Shown here: piece by piece, positions 1 to 12,008 of the stretch
Position numbering within the stretch: the stretch's first letter is position 1
Layout of the letters: each line of letters opens with the position of its first letter
Assembly (NCBI GenBank): GCA_010093605.1
Contig: MU004190.1
Span: 496,001 to 560,000 of the forward strand
From: Lophium mytilinum
Taxonomy: Eukaryota
Length of the DNA: 64,000 nt
Reading direction: 5' to 3'
Position numbers and translations under genes: made by a program
The notes under the pieces: model-generated
What the model saw: only the letters and a program-made list of their open reading frames with translations
Databases searched by the model: none
Told to the model about the DNA's origin: nothing

Positions 1-144
1 TGCCTGCTTGTTTCGACACTTGTCGCATTCCAATCCGCCTTCGACAGCCCGTCGTCGTCGACTTTTATCCTTAGCCTTACCGACCGCTCGCGCAAACCGC
101 CTTGCGCTGTGCCTCGTCCACCGCCTGTGCTCCGCCGCTACACA

Positions 145-1876
145 ATGCCTACCTTTGAGGGCGAGAAATGGGCGTGTGCCTCTTGCATCAAGGGCCACCG
201 CGTCAGCGGCTGCACGCATACTGGTATATCTCTCGGTCATCTTGCTCACCTTGCGCGAAGCAGTCCCATTAGAACATAGGCTGAACTTGTACCTCTTAGA
301 TCGAGAGCTCCATCATATCAACCCCAAGGGTCGTCCAGTCAAGCAATGCGAGCATTGTCGTGGTGCTCGCAAGTCCAAGTCGCACCACGCCAAGTGCGAC
401 TGCGGTGACAAGAAGGACAAGCCCAAGGACAAGGGCGACTTGAAGGGTGAGCTTCTCGCTGGCGTCAGCGTCGAGGGCATCTCTAATCATTCTGCAGTCG
501 GAGGTCACCACTGCGGCTGCCACAGCGGCGCAGCGTGCACCTGCGGCATCGTGAAGAAAGAGAGCCTCGACCTGAAGCTGGACACGGGCACTCTCAAGCT
601 TGCGCAGCACCCGGCCAAGCCAAAGCCTAGACTTACCGCAACACAGTCGGAGAGCACTTTGACTGTCTTCGCCAATGGCCACCACAAGCCCTGCCACAGG
701 TTGAACAACGCCGCCCACGTCTCCGGTGCCCCGTACAAGATCCCACGCCCGCACACATTGCACGACCCGCTCGGCCACTATTCCCACGACAATCTCAAGC
801 GCATCTACGAGCAGCCTAACAACCAAGCACAGCGGTCGCTCGATACGCTCTCTCTGTCCAACAGCAGCTTTTACAGCGTCTTCAGCTCCCCAGCTCAGCG
901 TTCCGTCGATAGTCTGCCATTGACATCGTCAAGCGGCATGTTCAATGGTACCTACGCACCTTTCGACCCTCAAAAGCCAATGTTCGCAAAGGCACCCGAG
1001 AACGGGCTTCCCCATGTTCCTCATGACGGAAGCTCGCCTGACAGCCAGCTCAGCGACACAATACCGTCACAAACACCCTGGGCGTGGACTCCGACAACGG
1101 CGTCTGGAAACGGGACATTTGGTCTGGACAGTCTATCAACGTCCCCGTCCCAGGAGTACTTGCCAGCTCTGGAAAACGACTGGGCCATCCCTTCAGCTGG
1201 GATCAATCCTTCTTGGTCCGCCAAAGATCTTCCATTGGTCCCCAATCGATCGGCAAACGCTTTTCCAATTTCCCAAAGTGGAGAATCTAATAAACAAAGC
1301 GTTCCAAACCTCACCCCGTCGTCTTCTGGAGCACAGTCCGAGATTGGCGATCCTAACATGTTCGAGAACTTAGAATATGCGGCTCCGCAATCGGTCATGA
1401 GCGAATCTCTTCCCTGGGACGAGAGTGCCCAGTTCCGTGACCCACCTGCCTACCGCATGCGAGCAGCCACTGGCGGTTCAGATTTCCGCCAAGCTCCAAC
1501 ATCTGCGCCAGGTAACGACGCTCGCCGTTCACTTGATATAGACTTCAACAAACGTTTCAACGAAAGCCTACTCGAACAGGGTGTAAACTCGAACTTCATG
1601 CCTTTCCAGTCCCCCAATATTGAGGCTTCAAAGGGCATGTCGGCTGCTCCTACTTACGCCTCCACAAGTGCCCCGGTCGACGCAAACTCACTTTATTCGA
1701 CAGACGAGTACGCACCTCGCTCCATTATGATCCCAAACAGCATCGAAGACATTCCAACGTCGAACCCATGGTTAGGCTTTGACGACGTCACCAATTTTGG
1801 GCTCACTTCTTTCGACACACCTCTCGACATGAGCGTCGATGTGTCGAATTACTCTGCTAGCGGCCCTTGGATTTGA
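145..1876 (+). CDS. Copper-fist DNA-binding transcription factor (Ace1/Haa1/Cuf1-like)
   Basis: ATG at 145 gives MPTFEGEKWACASCIKGHRVSGCTHT. Intron 224-299 (GTATAT..TAG) joins it to DRELHHINPKGRPVKQCEHCR, a copper-fist signature. Probable in-frame intron 447-497, a second Cys/His cluster (HHCGCHSGAACTC) and a TLTVFANGHHKP motif follow. Confidence 0.9.
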
Positions 1877-4800
1877 CAACTCATACAAGCAGCCAGCTCG
1901 GACTGTAATCGAGCAAGGCGCCGTACTTGATCATCTCTATCACCCTATCTCTTTCATGAGACATGACTTATGACCCCCCGTTGGGCCAGATGCCAACACC
2001 ACCATCCAACCTTTCAATAAATTCACTTTTACCCCTTTTTACCTTGCTCACTTGTACATTTCACACCCGAGCTTCTTGGACCAACACATCTGTCGCTACA
2101 TAGCTTCTATCACTACAGTTTGCGACCTCTCTTCCTTCTTTGCGTAAAGTGCGAGCAAGTCATTTAGATCGCGAGCATGCAATTGGACTACAGAGAAGCC
2201 GAGCGTATACACTGTTTGTTCTACAAAGGTGGGCGGCACATGTGGGGGGCTGTTTCTATAAAATTCATAGACTAAGCCAGGAGAGGAGTACCGGGGGCGT
2301 TGTATCTATCAATCATGTGTTGCATCACAATGAAAAAAACAATATCCAAAATCTAAACCCATCATCTAAGATAATATTTTAATGTAAATTACTTGCTGTT
2401 ATCGAAGTGGCGAAGAATTCTCCGCCATGAGGGCCGCACTTGCAACCACACGCTCACCGATCATCTGCAGGCGGGTCGTGCAAGGCTGACAACCTAGGCG
2501 CGGAAGAACCCCCACTGTTCCCCCAGCCGAGTGACCTCCAACCAACTGTGCTGATGTTGAAGAGTTTTTCCTCGGATATGCGAGGTGCAATCGCAACCGC
2601 CGGCTGGAACCTGCGCCGCCCACGTCAACTCCACACTCCGCAGTTCTCGTCGCCCGCGCGCTGACAACAACACTCGGTGCTGGTTAGGAGGAGAGGCTAG
2701 CTCGGCGTGGGCCGGTGGTTGTTTTGAATTGACGATGCGCAGATGCCGCGGTTGACCCGACCAACGGGCTCCAGCTCACCGACTCTCACCGACTCTTTTT
2801 TTGGAGCTCGAGGTGAGATGGGATCCTTGCGTTGTAGACGAGCGCCGCGTTCTGGAACGGAGTGGGGAGTAGTTTCGACAAGAGGACGTGAGGATGTTCG
2901 AGGGACAGCATAACGGACGACATCCGAGTACTACCCCATACTCTCTATCCACGCCTCTACATCCCCAGAACTCATAGGAATAAAGGCCGACATGTCACAA
3001 ATGACGTCCCCCCCCCCAGCCTTGCCAGATCCCGCCACAAACAACCTCAGCTCGCCTCTCCCTTCGTATCTTCCCCGCTTTCCGCCGTGCTTGTCCCCCC
3101 TGGCGATTCTCGCGATGGGTGTGAAAGCGCAAGCGATGGCGAGCAGACACATCTCCCCGCATTAATTCATGCACTGCACGAGCCTCGCCCCCCCGTCCGC
3201 GCCTCTCCCTCGCGTCTTCAAGCTAAGGCTCCATTCCACGCACATGTATGTACATCCAGTAATAAGCCTGTGCCTTGGGTGGGTGGACTTTCTTTCTTCT
3301 TCCCACCCGGACAGATCTGTGGCTGGGATGTGTGTGTGGTCATGTCATGTCAGAGCTTTTCGAGTTACGGAAGATCCGGGATACCACCTTAGCATCACTT
3401 GTATAAGATCGGCAGATATGACGGGTAAGGTGTGGTGGAGCCAGGTTTTTGGGGTTTGGTGTAGGGGGGTGTGGTTGGGTGGGTTGGGGACTATTAGTTG
3501 TGGCATGGGATGAGATCAGGCCATTACGATTGGAGAGATGGGGGCTTTTTGAGGTCGTGGGCGGAGGGGGCCGGGCCAATGAGGTTGGCGGGACAGAGGG
3601 GGATTTGGTGTTTTGGGAGAGATGCTGAGATGCTGAGATAGTGGAGGGCGGTTGGAGACGGCTTATGAGGGGGGTAGGTGTTTCGTTGCTATGTTTTGTG
3701 TTTTGGGTGTAGAGTTTATTGTCCTTTTTGCAACACTCACAGTACATGGCGGAGTACCCTCTCCCTCAATTACCTACACACTCAATCCCTCACGAACAGA
3801 TACCCTCCACTCTCCCATCCCTATCCAAACCCCCATCTTCCAACATCTAGATCTCTGCAACCGCCCTCCCCTTACCAACCCAAAACCCCGCGTCGAACCA
3901 TCGCATTTGGCGGTGTCTTCGCTGCCAGCGCAGCGCGTACCTGACCGCACTCAGCTAGCCGCGTTTTCTCGAGAAGTGTGGAGACAAAAAGCCCGAGCGG
4001 CATGACGCGCTTCGCTAGCTGCATGAGCCTCGCAGGGGTAGCTTTTGCTCAGCTGGTTTAGTTGCAGAGAAGAAAAAGTGAGGTTTTGGGAATTTCTGAC
4101 TACTGCTAGGCGACAGGAGAAAGCGGGTATGCTAGAGCACCTTGTGCAGTGCCATGCTGGTAGTTTGGCTCTAGTGTTGCAAACTGGTCTGATTTATTGC
4201 GGCTGGTCTGATAACAAGAGTGAAGATCTTACGCTCCGTTTCGACTTTCTTGAATATGCTGAAGCACCTCATGCAGTGTTGTGAAGGTGGAATACACCGG
4301 GTTTGCAAGATGTCTGATTCAGAGGGTTTGAAATTTACGTCTTTTTCGGGTGGGTTTGGTAAGGCTGGGGCACCTCATGCACTTCTGAACGAGTAGCAAA
4401 TCACAAAACGAGATAATACAAACTGAGAGACAAGTATTGCATTGCTCTTATTGAGTAGGCTATACAACACGTCTGCTTACTTGTTAAAGAATCGGAAGTG
4501 ACGATGTGTATTCAAAGTGCTTGGAAAGGTTCGATACTCAAAAATTCAAAACCATACAAAAGCCATCAAATACTTTCAACCCTCCAAGCCAACACCATAC
4601 AAGGGTAGCCACTGATCATCCCCTGCATCCTCAAGAGGTATGTCAAGCCGACGCAGTCTATCCGTCGATCCCGCAGCATTGGTGATGCTAACCGCATTCC
4701 GTCGCCGTCTGGACATCCTTCGTCCCGAGTGTGCAACCATCCTCCCCTCCAGGCCCACAGCGCTACGAATAGCAGTCCGTTTCCATCATCAGAAACACAA

Positions 4801-5492
4801 GCGTCCCTTACCCTAGAATATGCACCCCTGTCTAACCCCAGCGGCGCACCGGCCTCACCCGATACCCGATCCCGCCCCATCGCTCCGCTCCGACGAGGCG
4901 GCGCGCACCGAGCCCGACGTGAAGATCAACCTCAAAAGCTATGTCAAACCCTAAAACCGGCTATCGTGGTTATGCAAGCTAATTTGTGAATGAGGGATGA
5001 CCCTGAATCACATACAGCGAGTTTGTAGTGCCCCCTCCTCATGAAAACTAGTAGACGATAACGTCTAGGGTGGCCTGGGATGGCCCAGGGAGTTTACAGG
5101 GCGTTCAAGATGCTTTGTTTGTATATGGTCTGGAATCTCGGAAGTGCATTGAGAGACTTTAGACGGCGTCGCCCAAGTGTACACAGATATTTGCTGAACA
5201 TTATTTTAAACTGATGAACTAGATATGATGAACATAAACTGGATGAATTCCATGGAACGAAGTGCCGCTATTTTTCGTTTGCTTCTGTCGAACACCACGA
5301 AGAGCCTGAAATAAGATGAAGGAATAAGAAGTACATAAAGATACAGGACGGAAAAGATGCGGAAATAACGTCGCTGATCTAAATCAAATGACTGTGCTGC
5401 AAAGATTCGTCAAACGTTTCGCCATGTACCTAGCTTGCACGAACATGTGACCGGCAGCCTACCTGAAATGTACCCTCATTCGAATCGGTGCC

Positions 5493-7007
5493 CTAGAGTC
5501 CAAGCCCAATTCGCCGCCAGCATCCCAAAACGTCTTCACACAAGGTCATGAAGCCGTCATCCTCGATATGTTGCATCATCCAGTCGCTGATTACTGTTGC
5601 TCGGTCGTCACCAGTTTGTGCAGCATAAAAAGCTAGGTTATTAGTGCTACTTAAACTTGAGCTTGCTTCAGCCGATATTTGTGCAACAACTCGGTCAATG
5701 GAAGAAGCCGCAGAGGGAGGTGCTTGCCGGGTGTTGCTGGCAGCTGAAGTAGAAGTAGTGGGTCGCTTAGGTGCGTGTTCAGGTATCTGAGACGGCTCTG
5801 TTGCATTTCTGTTGTGCTCCGAGAAGCTTGGCCGAGGCAGAGGAGGCAAATCAATTGAGGACGATGGTCGGCTCGAGCCTGCGTGACTTTCGTCTCTCCG
5901 AAACGGGAGCTCACGTCGGGGAGGAATCATTTGCAGCAGTGAGTCCATTTGTGATCCGGGAGCTGTGTATGGTCTTGAAGTTGGCGCGGCTTCCTGCTCA
6001 GCGATCGTTTTAAGATGAGGGAAATGATTTCGGACAGCTGATGCAATCTGATTCGTGTTTTGGTCACGTGGGCCCGGTGATGAATAAGAGGGAAACGCTT
6101 GTACACTGACATATCGTTGCCTGATATCCTTCAGTACATTGTCAGGAGGTGGGGCGCTCGCAAACGACGGAGTCCAAGTTCGCTGAAGGGCTCGGGAAGG
6201 GGGTGCTGAGTAAGCGCTATCACGAGATACCGAAGGCTGAAGAGAAGTAAAAGGCATCCCAGAGCTTCCGATGCCTGTAGAAGAAGTCTCTTCTGGTTTT
6301 GACGGGAGGTAAGCCGATGACGACAGCCGGAAAGATGGTCCTGTGCTTTCGACGGATGTAGTTGCTGTAGGAGGTGCGGTAGAGCCCCCAGGAAGGCTCT
6401 GGACGATCTGGCATCCCATACCGGTGAGAAGGTCGTACACCATGTTGAAATCGTTGTCTGAGGCAAACTTCAATTGAACTCGTCGTGTCTGCAACGGAAT
6501 ATCAGCTATCGAAAAGATAACAAATCAGATGATTTACCTTGCTGTCGGCTAGGGTGTATCTGAGCGCGAGTAACGGATTGCGGATAAGACCAGAAATAGG
6601 GAGCTGGTCATGTCTGATCTCAACATTGAGCTGCCTAAACGTGTCGATGACATTGTTTGCTTCTCGGATCTTCCCTTCGATGTCTACCGATTCCTAGGGA
6701 AGAATGAAGTTAGAAAAAGGAACATCAAGATGACACTAGAGAACATGGAATGGGACTTCTGGTATGCATTGGGCCATACCAAGATTTTGGTCCCTTGTAT
6801 CACCTTCATCATCTTCGAAGGTTGTCCAGCGTGGTTGAGCGGGTCATCTCGAAACGAGTCAAAGACAACGACAAGATCCTGGGTGGTATGCTTCCAGGAG
6901 AACTTTTCCGCCTCGCCGCTGGGATCAACGGCGCTAGAAAACTTAACCAAACGGAGACTGATGAGAGAAGACGGGGTTAATGCGGTAGATGGGTGTTGCA
7001 TTGCCAT
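5493..7007 (-). CDS. REC114: Rec114/Rec7-like meiotic double-strand-break protein (3 exons, ~459 aa)
   Basis: Exons 7007-6780, 6693-6538 and 6488-5493 splice in frame at GT-AG sites. N-terminal region with PLLALRY and RRVQLKF, long Ser/Pro-rich linker, and C-terminal helical motif IEDDGFMTLCEDVLGCW match the Rec114 layout as I recall it. Confidence 0.65.
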
Positions 7008-7386
7008 GGCTGCTGTTGTTAATGTGCGAGGCGGTCATTAGTGGTGAATCAATCTTGGAGTTCGGTCACAGTGCGCTGAGGGGCTAAAGATGAGGGTTTC
7101 GAGGACCCCCGGCGGTGACGGGTGGTGAAGAAGTTGGGATGAAAGCTAGGTGGAGGTTCAGCGATATGACTAAGCAGCCAGGGCCGATCCCGCGCAGGGC
7201 TGGCAGTTGCGACTGGGGACTATGGAGCCTCGCCGCGGTGAATGCTGTTCTCGGCGCTGTAGACCTCGTCCATCCCTCTGCCCTCAATCTGCCCAATTCC
7301 CATCCCCCCAGGCGGCTTGCCCGTAGCTTTTGCTCTCCTGTGATTGTGCCCTGAAGCCTTCTTGCGCGTCGTGACTGTCCTTCCTC

Positions 7387-10300
7387 ATGGCTCCCACCCC
7401 CAAGGCGCGCGAGCGCGAACGCGAGTCTTCAGTCGAGCGCACCCCCGAATACGAGGAGTTTATGCAAAAGCTGGAGAAGTACCATGAGAAGCGAGGGTAC
7501 GTCATCTTCTGCGCGCAGTGGGGACGTAGATTGACTTTGGCAGTACTCACTTCGAACGGGAACCCAAGATTGGTGCGCGGCACCTGGATCTGCTAAGACT
7601 ATACAAACGAGTGGTCGAGGAGGGCGGCTATGATCAGATGTGCGATACTCGGGGTAAGCCGTTAGCCTGGAGAAAGCTCACTGGGGAGTTCCTCCCAGGG
7701 AGCAGCACTTTGACGACCCAGGCGTTTATTGTGAAAAGCGCATACTACAAAAACCTCGCGTATGTTCTCTCACCTCTCACCTTCACCAGCTGCACCATCT
7801 TGACAAATATTTCCCACCAGCGCATACGAGATCTCCGACATCCACAAGCGCGAACCTCCGCCCAAAGAAATACTAGAGGATGTTTCAGCAAAAGGCGGCG
7901 ATCTGCTAAGCCGAACCGTTGAGAACTACTTTCGACCCGCAAGCAGGGAAGCAGACAAGCTGTTAGGAAACAGTGAAGACAGGGACATCGAGGGCTCGGA
8001 CGCGGAATCACATAAGACGCCAAAAGAGGATAAAATGGAGGTAGACGAGCCCGGAAGCACGGGAGGCAGGGTCACTCGAGGTTGGTCGTCCTTTTCACTT
8101 TCTTCACGCGTCGAGTCGCAGCTACACCAGATTCTCGTCACAATACCGTGTTTTATACCCGCGACCAACATTTTCCCGAAGGATTATCTTGCTAACTTGC
8201 GCCAGCTCTCCGCCACGCACCTCCACAGCGCGTTCTATTCCAACCAGACCTATCAACCAGACAAACGAGACATTCTTCGGGCAATATGAACTCTCCAACA
8301 CCTGGCAGCGGTGTGGCGCATACAAATGGAACATATGGCTCGGGTGCTGCGATGACGATCGCGAACTACGAGCCTCGCGCTCCCCTCCCTTCTGCTGTAA
8401 AGCCTGTGGTCACACCTGGAAACAACCCCGATCATTTCAGAAATCTTCGAAACAAACTCCTCACCGCCAACAAACCTTCGAGGGGCATCCAACCATACAA
8501 GGGAATGATGCTGCCGGGTACTGGCTTCATGGGACCCAACATATACATTCGTGCGCTTCTCTCCCTACAATCCTGCACCGACGAGGAAGAGGCTTATGCG
8601 CTCCACCATCTCGTCAAGATATCACATGAGCGGGGCGATAAATACCGCTTCGATGGATTTCCTGGACTCGCTGAGGCTTTGGTAAGCCGAGTCATCGGGG
8701 TGTCGTCACTGTTCTACGATGTCAAGTTTGAGATCTCTTATCTTGAGGAAGAAATGGACTTGGGTATCCATGTACTAAATGGATTGACCGGGACCTCAGA
8801 TTTGTTGCAAAGAATAAGAACCTTGTCGGTTCTCGACATGCAAGACGACCTTCTTCCCGTAGAAGTAACGACAGCCCTTGGAAGGATCAATGAGGCAGGC
8901 CTGATACTACGAAATATGGCGATGCTGGAAGAAAACGCCGCATTTTTGTCCAAAATACCTTCAATCCGAGACTTGATCGTTATCGCCTTGAACCTTCCAC
9001 ATCACGCGGCCGTCGTAGAGCTTCAACATTACTCGCTCGAGATCGCGGAGCAATTGACCAAGTTCTGGACGCTGGATTCTCAGGATCCCCTCTATCGGTC
9101 ACTTCTCGCGCAGGTCGACTCGAACGACCGCGGCCGAATCATCATAGCGCTCCGGGCTATTGCTCGGATTTCCATGACATTGGAGGTTAACAATCGACTG
9201 ATGGATGTACCGGCTAAGGCCCTACAGCAAGTATGTGACTGGCTTTTAGTGGAAGACGAAGAGCTCCGAAACGCATGTCTCGATTTCCTCTACCAATTCA
9301 CTTCTGTCATGGACAACGTCGACATCTTCGTCCATGAGGTAAACGTGGAAAGTCTGGTCCAGCAACTCGTACGATTCCTGCTATACAACAATACGCTACT
9401 GGAAGAACGCAGGAGCAACAGACCTCCGACAAGACCACAAACAGTCGCAGATGCCCCTCAGAAACTCTCTGTCCCGATAATCGAACAGCTAGTGACGTTG
9501 GACGAGCCAGAACGAAGCTCACAATGGTAAATGGTTCCGATTGGTTAGTGATATTCTGTTAACTCAATCAACAGGTTGCGTGCTTGTTTTGAGGAAGACC
9601 CAACCGGCGAGATTACGCAAATCGCCCTATGGAGTGCCTATAACCAAGCTTTCAACGACGTGATGCAAGCTCAACCTCATCATAAGGTACTCATGCCGGC
9701 CAAAGATTTCATTACCAATGTGTCCTCGACCTTTCCTGGCGCCACCGCCCAGGTTCTTCAAATAAGTGCCACGCAACAGAAATATACCATCCGGGGTATT
9801 CGACCTCGTGCTAATCCAGTGGATCCCATCACTCGACGCTCCTACATGCGCTGTCAATGGCACCCTCCCGCATACCTGAATGGACATGCAGACACTAAGC
9901 ACACCACGCCATCTCTCGAATGTGGTATCTACTGTCCGAATGCAAAAGCAATGTGGGAGCACATCCTTACGACGCATCTCAAAATTCCGAAGGACGACTC
10001 CGGCAAGTGGCTTTTGGAGACTAAGCCTGATATCAGCATGACGAACGGCGATGCGACGCCTCCCCAAGCTCGTTACCACTGCCATTGGGGTGGCTGCACA
10101 CATTACTCTGCGGAGGGTTCCGAATCTGCATATGAAGTTGGCCAGCACGTTAAGACCCATCTCCCGGACAGCTCCCTGAGCCATAGCCAGAGAAAACACA
10201 ACAGGACTCCGTCGAATGCGACCCTTCTCGCGACATCGGCACAATTAAATTACGCGCAATTTCAGCCGGCACCGCCCTATGGCCAGCAAGCGGGTATGGG

Positions 10301-10652
10301 GTACAGTATGACCCTACCACCAGCGCAAAATGCTCCGGCATTCAGGTACATGAACACCGCGACGGACGAACGGAGTGATGCGGCTGGTCTTCCTCTCGCT
10401 AGCGTGCTTGTTTTGAGGAATCTAGCCAGGCAAATGGCGAAGCTGGAGGATCCGCCTAAGGAAGATGGCGTGTCTGCTCCCCCAAGAGCCAGCGGAAGAG
10501 ACGAAGATGTCAAGATGGAGGAGCGTGATGGGTGGGTCAGGAGAGTTTTTGCGCCGGTGAAGGATCAGTTGTATTTCGTTATGGCGCATAATCTGACGCT
10601 GAGGGAGTACATGGTCACCCTTACTAAAGCTATCGCGGCAGGTGGAGGGTAA
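7387..10652 (+). CDS. RSC9: RSC chromatin-remodelling complex subunit Rsc9 (ARID + Rsc9 core + RFX-like winged helix)
   Basis: N-terminal ARID (LDLLRLYKRVVEEGGYD), APPQRVLFQPD, GPNIYIRALLSL, HHLVKISHERGDKY and LRACFEEDP motifs. Introns near 7497-7543, 7760-7820, 8081-8205 and 9526-9574. Confidence 0.92.
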
Positions 10653-10771
10653 TATGGGTTGAGTGTTTGCTTTCACTGCGGCGCGTCTGGCGCTTTGTAC
10701 GACTAGGGATTTGGCGTTTGGACAAGCATCCTAGATGGATATGGGCAAGGAGTTTTCAGCATGCCTAATTC

Positions 10772-11142
10772 ACGGGGTCTGGAACGTGACATCCAGTTTC
10801 AAAAATGTCGCACCTGCTTGTCTGGCTTCAGAAGTATATCGAGCGTGTCAAAACGATCGGACAGGTAGTCTGACTTCGCTGGTGTAAAATACTTGGCTAT
10901 TTCTTAATGTGAAAAGATATAGTCTAATCTACGGGGTGTAGAACGGTACATCAAGCTTTCTGAACCTTGCACCTGCTGGTCTGGCTTCAAAGTATATTAG
11001 AAGTGTCAAGACACTCGAACAGCTAGTCTAATTCTAGCGGTGTGAGGCCTCTAGCTCCTTATCTAATATGTGGTGTGTAGAACGTAACATCCAGTCTCAA
11101 GAAGTTCGCACCTGCTAGTCTGGCTTCAGGAGTATGTTAGTA
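10772..11142. repeat. Degenerate intergenic tandem repeat, about 2.5 units of ~140-160 bp
   Basis: Core GCACCTGCT(n)GTCTGGCTTCA at 10810, 10969 and 11108. Each is preceded by GAACG..ACATC and followed by AGTAT; the flanks also align. Confidence 0.85.
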
Positions 11143-12008
11143 CTGGAACTTTACGTGATCTTTAACTTGGAAATTTGGAATGTTTTAAAAGAAAATCGAA
11201 CAGATCAATACCTTTAGTTATGAAGCTGCCGCCAATGGCTGTCCGCTATTTTACATCAGCATCTGCACACCGCCAATCGCATGCAGGACGTGCGTGAAGT
11301 GTGAAAGCGGACCACTACTTCCGAAGCTGCAGTGAGCTCCTAGTCAAACTCTGCTTGTGAGCGCTTTGTGTGTCCAATATGTTTGGCTATGGAAGCAACA
11401 CGACTTTACATACATTCCTACCAGAAGGGTCAGTGGGAGGACGTGGGGCTGTGATTGGCCCGCCGGTTCGCACTCTTCGGCCTGGAGTCATCTCGAAATA
11501 CCCCCAGTTTCCGCGTCGCCACATTCCGCCTACAACCCCTCACTCACTCACTCTACCTCTGAAGCCTTCTGCATCTCCTCGAGAATCGCTGTGATCAAGC
11601 AACCAGCTAGGTACGTCTTGAGCGCGACGCGGTGATGGACAAGCTGCGTCATCTGTACCCCACGGTACCCGAAGCCGGTCGCGACACCCAATTCGCTGAC
11701 ACAACCGCAAACAGAGCTCCTCCGATAGATACCTACATCCTTATAACACGAAGAGAAGCCTTTGCGCACTCAGCCTGACTCAGTCTCCACGCCCAACTCC
11801 CCGTCCACGACCCCGCTTAGCTTCCTACGCCGCTGCACCGACATATTGCCTGGAAACATCGCCACCTTCTGCACGAAGTCGGCCTTTCCTTTCTGGAGTC
11901 TTCCCCAGCTTCGTACTCTAGCACCTTTAAACAGGCTTTGACCCAGCTGTGGTCATAGCGAGGTGCATTTGTCGAAGCAATAGGATTACTCCCGCAAACA
12001 GTCGGCAC

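Noticed and set aside
8..144. N-terminal extension of the 622-aa ORF
   Set aside because: Starts at TTG and reads through intron 1; the copper-fist N-terminus begins at ATG 145 in another frame.
3347..3400. Box C/D snoRNA on the minus strand (GTGATG...CTGA)
   Set aside because: Only ~50 nt, imperfect C box, and I could not recognise an rRNA-complementary guide.
4946..4956. AACCCTAA as a telomerase RNA template
   Set aside because: An 8-mer can occur by chance. It lies only ~540 bp from the 3' end of the convergent gene and downstream of the structured region, and I could not identify a pseudoknot or three-way junction.
10772..11142. CRISPR-like array
   Set aside because: Eukaryotic context, only three cores, the intervening segments are homologous to each other and too long, and there are no cas genes.
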